The position numbers and the translations under genes are program-made. A stretch of 40,613 bases of DNA, taken from sequence record PZ019082.1. One strand, 5' to 3'. Below the pieces are notes generated by a model. It was not told the origin of the DNA. It saw nothing but the letters and a program-made list of their open reading frames with translations, and searched no databases. How positions within the stretch are numbered: the first letter of the stretch is position 1; each line of letters starts with the position of its first letter. Origin of the DNA: a phage. Shown here piece by piece: positions 28,006 to 35,481 of this stretch.

Positions 28006-28632
28006 TTAGCGGCGACGACGTTCGCGGCGCGGTGCTTCATCTTCTTCGTCGTCTTCCAGGTCATTGACGCTTGCGGCGACTTTAGAACCACCAAACGCCT
28101 TACCTTCGCCGACGTATTTAATTCCCAGCAGTTTAACACCGAGGACTTTATATTTCTGGCTGAACCAGATTTCAACGCTTACGTTAGCGACGCATCCGCT
28201 GTAAACCTGTTCGCCTTCAATCTGTTCACCGTCTACATTGAAGTCCTGTTCTACCTGAGTCTCACCTTTTTTAGAGGTTATAATCAGCGGCTGTTTCTGC
28301 GCCTTCGCTTTGAAGTAGAAGCCTTCCGGGAAGTCTTCAAAGGGATTGTCACGCTCGGCAATGTCTTTAACAGCACATTTATCCATGTGCTTACCTTCGC
28401 CGTAGTTGGACCTCATCCACTTCTCTGCGGCGGCAGCACCTAACGCTTCTTCAACTACGGCGTAAACAGTGTCGTAAAGCGCATCGATTTGCGCATGGTC
28501 TGGCGGCAGGATAATAGTCGCGCTGTACTGGCCTTTAGTAATTGAGCCATCATCGTTTTCGCGGTCTTTTTCGCGTTCGAATACGTTAACCCAAGCAGTG
28601 TTTACTTTACGCAGATTTAATGTCAGTCCCAT
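28006..28632 (-). CDS. putative ssDNA-binding-like protein (DUF2815-like) with acidic/basic C-terminal tail
   Basis: 208 aa; position between DUF2800-like nuclease and PolA; C-terminus DLEDDEEDEAPRRERRRR. Confidence 0.35.
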   Translation of the reverse strand: MGLTLNLRKVNTAWVNVFEREKDRENDDGSITKGQYSATIILPPDHAQIDALYDTVYAVVEEALGAAAAEKWMRSNYGEGKHMDKCAVKDIAERDNPFEDFPEGFYFKAKAQKQPLIITSKKGETQVEQDFNVDGEQIEGEQVYSGCVANVSVEIWFSQKYKVLGVKLLGIKYVGEGKAFGGSKVAASVNDLEDDEEDEAPRRERRRR

Positions 28633-28686
28633 CTTGATTTCTCGCTTTTAAGTTTACTCCGGGAAGCTGCCCGGCCAGTGATTAGA

Positions 28687-28715
28687 ACTATAATAGCTAA
28701 CTATTCAGGTGTCAA
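28687..28715 (-). promoter_or_regulatory. sigma70 consensus-like promoter TTGACA-N17-TATAGT
   Basis: Minus-strand TTGACAcctgaatagttagctatTATAGTTC in intergenic region upstream of 28632 start. Confidence 0.6.
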
Positions 28716-28719
28716 CACT

Positions 28720-29961
28720 TTATTCTAAATCTTCTCCACTAACCTGATTCCACTCAGGCCGTTTGTCGTCTGCCGTTGCAACGCATGGCGCTCCCGGCTT
28801 ACGGGTAATGAAGTCTTTCAGTTCTTCTTCCGGTATTACTTTAACAGCTTCGGTCGGTGTCATTAGCACTTCTTTAGTTAGCTTGTCGCCGTAGAGTTCT
28901 GTTACTTTCTCCGCGTCTTTCCACGCACGATTACTGGGACGGCCTTCAACCAGTTTGTACCCAGGCACTTTCTTACCTGAATGCAAAGCGGCGGCCATCG
29001 CTTTTTCAACCTTGTCGATGTGCTGGCGCAACAGCGGCAACTTCTCATACTCAGCTACGAGTTGCTCAGGCGTAAGTTCCAGCGCAAAGTCGTCCTCCAG
29101 TTCTTCCGCCAGTACCGCGTTAACGGTTTTTGTACGCGCGGCGCACTGTTCTGAGAACCGACACCACTGACAACCATCTGCAGAAGGCTTGAAGTCCGAC
29201 GCTTTCAGGTTCTTCTTGCCGCGGGAATAAGCATCAAGAGCCAACAGCGCGCGTTTATGTGCGAACTTAGCGAACAGTTCCAGACCTTCAACCGAGATGT
29301 CCCACTCCGACGCACCGCCAGCATACGGCTGGAAGATTACCAGACGAACGGTTGTTATGTTATAACGTCTCTTGAGTCGGCGATAAACACCGAGAGCGTA
29401 AAGCATAAGCTGCTTGTTTTCTTTCGCTTCGACGCGATGTCGCCCGGTTTTAAGGTCCCCAATAATGAGCATGTGCTCGTCGGTGTTAGCCAGTTCCTGA
29501 ACGGCAACAAGGTCAGCGGTCCCGAACGTCTCAACGCCTTCATACCCAGGATGCAATACCTCAGTGAGATTGACGCGCATTTCCAGCTTGGCGTAAGTCG
29601 CAACGTCGATAATCGCTTTGCAGTAGTCGGTATACTTGCGCACCTGCTCAATCATGTCAGCCGTAATCAGTACCGCGCCTTTCACCGGGCTGATTAGAGC
29701 CTTAATCTGACCTTTGCCCTCATCCAACACGTAAGCACCAACTTCACGCTCTAATGGAAACGCAGTGCCTTTGATGTACTGGTTAAGGTGCATTTCCGCT
29801 ATGGTGTGCATAGTCGTACCTAATACTGCGGCCTTACCGGACGTGTTAGGAATATCTTTTTCACAGGCCAGTGATGCAGCACAGCTTAGCCACTTTTTAG
29901 CGCCAGACGGCGACAGCAGGGCGTGCACATCGTTATTGCCGCCGCGTTCTTTTAAAATCAT
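28720..29961 (-). CDS. PD-(D/E)XK nuclease with Fe-S cluster cysteines (DUF2800 / Cas4-like)
   Basis: N-terminal HALLSPSGAKKWLSC and C-terminal CQWCRFSEQC cysteine pattern; ATG at 29961 with ATGA coupling (track start GTG 29976). Confidence 0.55.
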   Translation of the reverse strand: MILKERGGNNDVHALLSPSGAKKWLSCAASLACEKDIPNTSGKAAVLGTTMHTIAEMHLNQYIKGTAFPLEREVGAYVLDEGKGQIKALISPVKGAVLITADMIEQVRKYTDYCKAIIDVATYAKLEMRVNLTEVLHPGYEGVETFGTADLVAVQELANTDEHMLIIGDLKTGRHRVEAKENKQLMLYALGVYRRLKRRYNITTVRLVIFQPYAGGASEWDISVEGLELFAKFAHKRALLALDAYSRGKKNLKASDFKPSADGCQWCRFSEQCAARTKTVNAVLAEELEDDFALELTPEQLVAEYEKLPLLRQHIDKVEKAMAAALHSGKKVPGYKLVEGRPSNRAWKDAEKVTELYGDKLTKEVLMTPTEAVKVIPEEELKDFITRKPGAPCVATADDKRPEWNQVSGEDLE

Positions 29962-30230
29962 ACCCTGTTCTCCCACTGGTCGATTAAATGTCGTGTCTTA
30001 TGCCCACAATGCATAGCCCACCCATACATCGACTCAAAAACATAAAAGTCAGGCTTGGCGAAAGTCGTGCGCTTAATCTGTGACACGTGACGGCCTAAAG
30101 ATATAGGCCGCGGTACTTTGCCTAAGTACGCCATCTCTTCCATCTGGTGCGCACCGGACGGCGCACGCAACAGCCATAGTGCCTCCGTGTTGTCCCGCCT
30201 GTCTACGGCCCGGTAGAGTTGGTAAATCAT
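29958..30230 (-). CDS. hypothetical protein (90 aa)
   Basis: RBS GAGGG; coupled to downstream nuclease gene; contains HCGHKTRH. Confidence 0.45.
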   Translation of the reverse strand: MIYQLYRAVDRRDNTEALWLLRAPSGAHQMEEMAYLGKVPRPISLGRHVSQIKRTTFAKPDFYVFESMYGWAMHCGHKTRHLIDQWENRV

Positions 30231-30250
30231 AATTCCGACCCTCAGTTAAA

Positions 30251-30266
30251 GCGGCCCGAAGGCCGC
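30251..30266 (-). terminator. weak terminator-like hairpin
   Basis: GCGGCC-CGAA-GGCCGC palindrome; only a short T-run on minus strand. Confidence 0.3.
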
Positions 30267-30273
30267 GAGATAG

Positions 30274-30774
30274 TTAGTCTTCTTCGAAATACTTGTTCTT
30301 GATTGCCGTCAGGCGTTCAAGGTATTCAGCAAGGTCTTCATCTTTAATCGCGGCAATCTTCATCTTCTTACCGGTGAACTCCTCCAGCAGTTCATCAGAA
30401 TCATCACACGCGGCATCGCTCGGACCTTCGTTAATGGCGTCGTCGATAGCCTGAATCTGGTCACGCAGAGACTGGTAATCGACTTCTTCTTTCTCTTCTT
30501 CCGGCTCTGGTGTCGGCTCCTCTACTTTAGCTTTACGCGGCTTGCGTTTTGGCTTCTCTTCTTCAACCGGTTTAGTATCAACTACGTCTTCACCTTCGAC
30601 CGGGATTTCTTTTGATCCTTCTTCTGCACACTTGGCTACTGCTTCTTTGGTATACGCTACCGTCTCTACTTCCAGAGGCGCGGAAACCTGAACAACTTGT
30701 TTCACGCTGTTCGCAGCAATCAGTTCATGAGCAACTACGAAACGTTCCAGTAATACTAAGAATTTCTCTAACAT
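30274..30774 (-). CDS. highly acidic early protein (166 aa), function unknown
   Basis: Strong RBS GAGGAGAGA; first gene after promoter 30806-30834; Glu/Asp-rich with one KPKRKPRKAK patch. Confidence 0.5.
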   Translation of the reverse strand: MLEKFLVLLERFVVAHELIAANSVKQVVQVSAPLEVETVAYTKEAVAKCAEEGSKEIPVEGEDVVDTKPVEEEKPKRKPRKAKVEEPTPEPEEEKEEVDYQSLRDQIQAIDDAINEGPSDAACDDSDELLEEFTGKKMKIAAIKDEDLAEYLERLTAIKNKYFEED

Positions 30775-30805
30775 TTGTTTCTCTCCTCTCGTTTGGTATG
30801 GGCTA

Positions 30806-30834
30806 ACTATAATAGCGAACTATTCACATGTCAA
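30806..30834 (-). promoter_or_regulatory. sigma70 consensus promoter TTGACA-N17-TATAGTTAGCCC
   Basis: Minus-strand TTGACAtgtgaatagttcgctatTATAGT followed by conserved leader AAACGAGAGGAGAGA. Confidence 0.65.
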
Positions 30835-30838
30835 TGGG

Positions 30839-30867
30839 CTTTTCTAAAATAATTAATATGGTACTAT
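30839..30867 (+). promoter_or_regulatory. putative promoter for XRE regulator gene (-10 TACTAT, weak -35)
   Basis: gTACTATTCACATATCAA upstream of RBS AAGGAG and ATG 30899; AT-rich upstream region. Confidence 0.35.
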
Positions 30868-30898
30868 TCACATATCAACTGACTAAGGAGTAATTGAC

Positions 30899-31114
30899 AT
30901 GCAACCATCTGAACTAGGCATTCGTGTAGAACAACGCCGTAAAGAACTCGGCATCTCCCAGCGCCGTCTGGCTGTCCTGACCGGGGTTTCCCAGGGCGCG
31001 ATTAACCAGCTTGCGCTCGGGGTAACTCAGGACGTCCGCCCGGCGACGCTGTTTAAACTGGCGGAAGTGCTGCAAGTAGACGCCAAGTGGCTGGCGTTAG
31101 GTGAAGGGGCTTAA
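30899..31114 (+). CDS. XRE-family helix-turn-helix transcriptional regulator (71 aa)
   Basis: HTH segment ISQRRLAVLTGVSQGAINQLALG; RBS AAGGAG; followed by terminator. Confidence 0.7.
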   Translation: MQPSELGIRVEQRRKELGISQRRLAVLTGVSQGAINQLALGVTQDVRPATLFKLAEVLQVDAKWLALGEGA

Positions 31115-31129
31115 CGCCCCTTTCTTTTT
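31104..31129 (+). terminator. rho-independent terminator
   Basis: GGGGC-TTAAC-GCCCC hairpin followed by TTTCTTTTT. Confidence 0.6.
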
Positions 31130-31131
31130 AT

Positions 31132-33402
31132 CTATTCCAAATCCTCCTCTGTCACCACCAGCATTTCATTCGGTTCGTATATTGTCTTCGGAATCTTGTT
31201 ATCGTTTATACCCCACGGCAATCGGTATTGCTTAGGGATAGGCCTGTTGTTGTTATCCAGACCTGAGACGATAACCCCGGCCTCGTGCATCTCTTCCAGT
31301 TTCTTTCGAAGGTCGTTATTAGCGTTAATCGGTACGCCGTAACTATCTTCTTTCGCTGCTTTGACGATAGCCGACATGGAAAACCCCCGCTTGTCGTCAC
31401 CCTGCTCCTGCAATTTACCTAACGCGTAAATAACCGTAGCTTCTTTGGTATCCAGTTTCTCGAACTGACCTACCTTTTCTTTAACAGCCGCTTTACCTTC
31501 CTTTGTCAGCCCTTCTTCCCGCTCTTTCTCCTCGTCGGTCTTGAATGGTTCGAAACCCCACGGCATCAGCACAAGCGCCTTGTGTGGTTCAGGCAGGTCG
31601 AGGTTTACGATTGTGCCGTATTCCTCCGTGCTTCCGAGGAACTCAACCGCGCGGTACTCTTTCGGTGGTGGCGCTTCACGGAACTGTACCGACTCCAGTA
31701 CCATGCCAACCGTCTTCTGTTGAGGCCCGTGCTTAAATTTCGAGTGGTATACATTTATTTGACGTTCGGTCGCGCGTTCGATTGTTAGTTCCACGTCGAC
31801 ACCAGCGTACAGCGCCCCACTGCCACGGGCTTTCTTTCCACCTTTCGGCGTATGGTGGACAACGCCTACCGCGGCTTTAGTTGCGTCGCGTACTTCTTTC
31901 AGGATGGCGATAACTTTACCCATGCCGATTGTCGTTGATGAACTGTTCTCGTCGAACTTATCAATCGTCAGGGCCAGCGTCTGGTTGAGGGTGTCGAACG
32001 CAACCATACCAATAGGCTCGTCGCCCGCAGTTTCGCGCATTAACTTAATCAGGCTTTTCAGTTTCCCGACTTCGCCCATGTCGATAACATGTACATAATC
32101 TTTACCTTCCTCGCCATATTTAGCCGCTAGTGCGTCGATACGTGTGCGCGTAGCTGCGCCACCTTCACCGTCAATATAGAAATGGTGGCAACGCTGGGTA
32201 TCTGCCCCGGCAAATCTGTATCCGGCGGCGCTAAGGTACATCATCCCCAGCGTATAAAACGATTTGTACGTTCCAGACTCCCCGACGATATCCCAGATGC
32301 AGTCTGTCGGCATGTATCCTTCTACGACGAAATCAGCCTTTACCGGTTCCGGTAACTCGTCCTCCTCTGAGTCCTCGTCGTCTTCCAGGTCGTCCAGACT
32401 GCATGAAACTGACTCACGCGCACCCCAGCCGATGGCCTCGGCGACTTCACTGAATGGAAGACCAGTCGCATCACACGCATACTTCCACACCTCTTTCGGT
32501 GACATGCCCTCGGTTGCCGTGATGTCTGTGTCGTGAATCATGGTTACGTTAGGTGCTTCGTACCCCTCGCGCGGGAAGCACAGCAGGAAGTCGTCCGGGC
32601 GCGGGGTCGGGTCGCTGTAGTTTTCTGCGTGTTCCGGTGTGGCGGGCATCTTAAGTCCACGCGGCGTCATGATGCCGCCGTATTCGAACGCCAGTGCCTC
32701 GAACGCATCAGTAAATGCCGTGCGCAGTTCTTCTGGTATCTGGTAATCCGATGCGCTGCTCACCTCGTAATCCGGGATGCCTTCCAGTAACTCGTCCGGG
32801 TCAATCAGGTCGTTACGGCGCGACCAGATAACGGTAGAGCCGACAGGCGGCAGGTACATCGGCTGCGACAGAGTGAACCCGCTGTGGTCCGCACCCATGC
32901 CTTTGAAGAAGTGCTCCAGCAATCCATGACGAACACGGATGATGCCACCACCTTCGACCGGGCGGCCCAGCGGCATGACGACGCGAAAGCGCGGTGACTC
33001 ATCGGTATGTGATGCCGTGGTGTAGAGGCACATAGCCAGGCGGCTACGCTTAACCAATCGCACCGCCTCCTGATACTCGTCAGGTGTTGCACTGTCGAAG
33101 TCCAGATACGCCAGCGACGATTTGTTTACAGACGCATCGCAGCGATAGAAGAAGCCTTTACGCGCCTGCTTAAAGTCCCCAGTTTCCGGGTCTTTTACGG
33201 TGCTGTGCGTTGAGTCGCACGCGGCGGTGATATACCCCGGCGCGGTCTTCGGGTTAATTCCGTCGCGAACAGCATCGAGCGGCTGGATTAACTCTTTCAG
33301 GTCGTCCAGTGTTGCCGTGTGTGTGGTTCTGACGTTTATATCCTTTTTCTCCGCCCGCGCGTTGCGACGAGACCACGAGTAGGATAAAATTACATCGGAC
33401 AT
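31132..33402 (-). CDS. putative replicative primase/helicase-like protein (756 aa)
   Basis: Central P-loop-like GESGTYKS and RecA-type layout; size and position in replication module; RBS GAAGGAAA; family assignment uncertain. Confidence 0.5.
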   Translation of the reverse strand: MSDVILSYSWSRRNARAEKKDINVRTTHTATLDDLKELIQPLDAVRDGINPKTAPGYITAACDSTHSTVKDPETGDFKQARKGFFYRCDASVNKSSLAYLDFDSATPDEYQEAVRLVKRSRLAMCLYTTASHTDESPRFRVVMPLGRPVEGGGIIRVRHGLLEHFFKGMGADHSGFTLSQPMYLPPVGSTVIWSRRNDLIDPDELLEGIPDYEVSSASDYQIPEELRTAFTDAFEALAFEYGGIMTPRGLKMPATPEHAENYSDPTPRPDDFLLCFPREGYEAPNVTMIHDTDITATEGMSPKEVWKYACDATGLPFSEVAEAIGWGARESVSCSLDDLEDDEDSEEDELPEPVKADFVVEGYMPTDCIWDIVGESGTYKSFYTLGMMYLSAAGYRFAGADTQRCHHFYIDGEGGAATRTRIDALAAKYGEEGKDYVHVIDMGEVGKLKSLIKLMRETAGDEPIGMVAFDTLNQTLALTIDKFDENSSSTTIGMGKVIAILKEVRDATKAAVGVVHHTPKGGKKARGSGALYAGVDVELTIERATERQINVYHSKFKHGPQQKTVGMVLESVQFREAPPPKEYRAVEFLGSTEEYGTIVNLDLPEPHKALVLMPWGFEPFKTDEEKEREEGLTKEGKAAVKEKVGQFEKLDTKEATVIYALGKLQEQGDDKRGFSMSAIVKAAKEDSYGVPINANNDLRKKLEEMHEAGVIVSGLDNNNRPIPKQYRLPWGINDNKIPKTIYEPNEMLVVTEEDLE

Positions 33403-33460
33403 GTTGTATTTCCTTCAGCAAGTAATTTGGCCTCGGCGTTCACCGCGTCGGGGCTTTCTT

Positions 33461-33736
33461 TTATTCCAGGTCGCGGGAGATATTACCCTCGGGGACCAAC
33501 ACTTTTCCAATACTTCTCGCTTTCCCGTTAAGCGGCGTTGCTCTTGTTGCCCGATAAAACTTTCCTTTATTAAGAACCTCTCCGTGTTGCTCAAGAACAC
33601 TTAAAGCATGTTTAATCGGATTTACACCGTAATTATCTAACCGGTATCTACGAAGCCCGTCTAGTGTAAAAGCGCCGTTCGCCTCGGTCAGTCTGCGTGC
33701 GCACATTAATACGTGTTTCTGGAATTTAGTTAGCAT
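33461..33736 (-). CDS. hypothetical protein (91 aa)
   Basis: RBS AAGGAG 10 nt upstream; overlaps end of upstream regulator gene. Confidence 0.45.
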   Translation of the reverse strand: MLTKFQKHVLMCARRLTEANGAFTLDGLRRYRLDNYGVNPIKHALSVLEQHGEVLNKGKFYRATRATPLNGKARSIGKVLVPEGNISRDLE

Positions 33737-33905
33737 CTTTTACGTTCTCCTTAATCCAAGCCTCCACGGTAGCGCGGTCAAATGTGCCTGGCTGCCGGTA
33801 GCCGTTAATAACCCGGCAACACTCGGGGAACTTACCTGACCGAAGCCAGCGATTAAGTGTCATAGGGGAAACTCCGATTAAGTCTGCTACTTCTTTCTGT
33901 GTCAT
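33726..33905 (-). CDS. AlpA-like / excisionase-like HTH DNA-binding protein
   Basis: MTQKEVADLIGVSPMTLNRWLRSGKFPE matches AlpA-type HTH pattern; ATG at 33905 with RBS AGAGGG (track start TTG 33935). Confidence 0.55.
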   Translation of the reverse strand: MTQKEVADLIGVSPMTLNRWLRSGKFPECCRVINGYRQPGTFDRATVEAWIKENVKDAN

Positions 33906-33934
33906 TTTACACACCCTCTTTATCAAGTGAAACA

Positions 33935-33963
33935 ACTATAACACCTACAATAACTAAACACAA
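33935..33963 (-). promoter_or_regulatory. putative promoter TTGTGT-N17-TATAGT for minus-strand regulatory/primase operon
   Basis: Minus-strand motif 29 nt upstream of ATG 33905; divergent from plus promoter 33968-33995. Confidence 0.4.
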
Positions 33964-33967
33964 CCTA

Positions 33968-33995
33968 TTGACAAAATAAAATGTAGCTGTAAAAT
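33968..33995 (+). promoter_or_regulatory. putative promoter TTGACA-N16-TAAAAT
   Basis: Consensus -35 and good -10 on plus strand, about 370 nt upstream of the first plus-strand early gene. Confidence 0.4.
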
Positions 33996-34200
33996 CAACG
34001 TATCGAAGGACCTTAGTTCAGAATTACTTAGAAACATTATTCTTAAGTCTCTGGTGACCAAAGCCCGGCCCATAAAGGACGGGCGCTGAGAGTCACTTCG
34101 ACAACGTTAGTATCTAAGTTTCCTCAAAGTAACAGCAAGTAGCAAGAAAGCCCCCGTCTATTTAAATTTTGCCATATGGTATAAATCATTGATTTGCAAG

Positions 34201-34215
34201 CTCACTCACTCACTC
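34201..34215. repeat. short tandem repeat (CTCA)n, about 3.75 units
   Basis: ctcactcactcactc directly visible. Confidence 0.6.
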
Positions 34216-34300
34216 TTGGTGCCTTCGGCACCACGTTCGTTTCGTTTCGCTCGCTACCCCCATTAAACGAAAGAATCACAACGGCAACGTAACTATTCTC

Positions 34301-34329
34301 TTGCACACCCCAACATAATAGGATACTAT
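34301..34329 (+). promoter_or_regulatory. early promoter TTGCAC-N17-TACTAT
   Basis: Followed by TCACTTATCGG and leader AACGAGACAGAGGAG; 40-bp element repeated on minus strand at 12851-12890. Confidence 0.6.
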
Positions 34330-34363
34330 TCACTTATCGGAACGAGACAGAGGAGTGAGGGTT

Positions 34364-34549
34364 ATGTTTAAGAAGGGTCAGTTGGTGAGAATTTTGGAGA
34401 CAGGGGGGTTAGCGGTTATTTCATTCGCACACCACAAAGAATGTAGTGTTTATTTTGCAAAATCTTTAACGGGGTCCTATCTCACCGTGTTATACGCACA
34501 AGATATGAAACTCATCGGCAACAATTTTAAATTCAAAGGGGCGAAGTGA
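34364..34549 (+). CDS. hypothetical early protein (61 aa)
   Basis: ATG with RBS AGGAG 8 nt upstream (track ORF starts at GTG 34355). Confidence 0.5.
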   Translation: MFKKGQLVRILETGGLAVISFAHHKECSVYFAKSLTGSYLTVLYAQDMKLIGNNFKFKGAK

Positions 34550-34752
34550 TGGAAGAATTATTTGAAGAACTGAAACATCATGAGTTCGAGGAGATATATT
34601 TTGTAGCTGAACGCTACGAGGTGCATTTAGTGGACGGGGTTACAATTATTACAATGGATAGCCAGCAAATGCTAAATAGCTTACGGGCTATACGAACGGC
34701 ATCTAATCATGATGCTCGTGCCGACGACTCCGAGGGAGGTTGCCGTGAATAA
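34549..34752 (+). CDS. hypothetical early protein (67 aa)
   Basis: TGATG overlap with upstream stop. Confidence 0.45.
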   Translation: MEELFEELKHHEFEEIYFVAERYEVHLVDGVTIITMDSQQMLNSLRAIRTASNHDARADDSEGGCRE

Positions 34753-34812
34753 TTACCCGTTCATTTTAATTGTCAGCGCCGTTTATGTGGTGCACGCGTT
34801 GCGGGGGTTGGT

Positions 34813-35007
34813 ATGAGTCCATATAACGAATCCCGCTTACGCCGTCTGATTGGTGGTCTGCGCGCCGCCGAGTTTGTTGTTGAATGTTGGGAGAAGGTGC
34901 AATATGCCCCATGGAAGTCGTGGCATTTGGCTCATGCTAAGGAGGTAGCACAGTACCGTGAGTACAAGTTAAACAGTTTCCTTAAACACCACGGGGTTGA
35001 GTTATGA
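34813..35007 (+). CDS. hypothetical early protein (64 aa)
   Basis: ORF with G-rich RBS. Confidence 0.45.
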   Translation: MSPYNESRLRRLIGGLRAAEFVVECWEKVQYAPWKSWHLAHAKEVAQYREYKLNSFLKHHGVEL

Positions 35008-35153
35008 GAGAAGCATTTGAACGGTGGGCCGTAGTCGAGGGTCTGCCGGTTAACAAGGGTTCAAAGAAAGAGTACCTGAACGTTAAGACGCGTCTCGCGT
35101 GGCGGGCGTGGAAAGCTGGTGTGCAAGCCCGAGCTGGTGTAACAGGTCAATAG
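35004..35153 (+). CDS. hypothetical small protein (49 aa)
   Basis: Not in ORF track; ATGA overlap with upstream stop. Confidence 0.35.
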   Translation: MREAFERWAVVEGLPVNKGSKKEYLNVKTRLAWRAWKAGVQARAGVTGQ

Positions 35154-35208
35154 GTTACTATTTGGCTTAGTGACTTACGCTGCTACACAGCAGCGTACAA
35201 CTTTAACT

Positions 35209-35281
35209 TAGTGTCGTCAAAAAGCGACACTTCCCTAAGACACTGTTGGGTCAGGAATAAAGTGTCTCCAGTTAGCGACAC
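35209..35281. promoter_or_regulatory. array of AGTGTC / GACACT half-sites forming two inverted repeats plus an extra half-site
   Basis: AGTGTCG-N8-CGACACT (35209-35230), AGACACT-N16-AGTGTCT (35237-35266), CGACACT (35275-35281); just upstream of promoter 35301. Confidence 0.45.
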
Positions 35282-35300
35282 TTTGCACCAATAAAATTTA

Positions 35301-35329
35301 CTTGCACACTAAGATAGAATAGGCTACTA
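35301..35329 (+). promoter_or_regulatory. early promoter TTGCAC-N17-TACTAT
   Basis: Same architecture as 34301-34329; followed by TCATTTACAC and leader AAACGAGAGGAGAGA. Confidence 0.6.
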
Positions 35330-35361
35330 TTCATTTACACAAACGAGAGGAGAGACAGAAG

Positions 35362-35481
35362 ATGGGTTGGTACGGTAGCTGGACATTAGGCGAACTGGTA
35401 GACGCTTACGAAATAATGGGTAGCACTTCGGTGTGCGACGGCGACACTAAAGCGATAACAATGGGGGTTGATGATGAGTAA
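35362..35481 (+). CDS. small early peptide (39 aa)
   Basis: Not in ORF track; ATG directly after conserved leader AAACGAGAGGAGAGACAGAAG. Confidence 0.35.
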   Translation: MGWYGSWTLGELVDAYEIMGSTSVCDGDTKAITMGVDDE

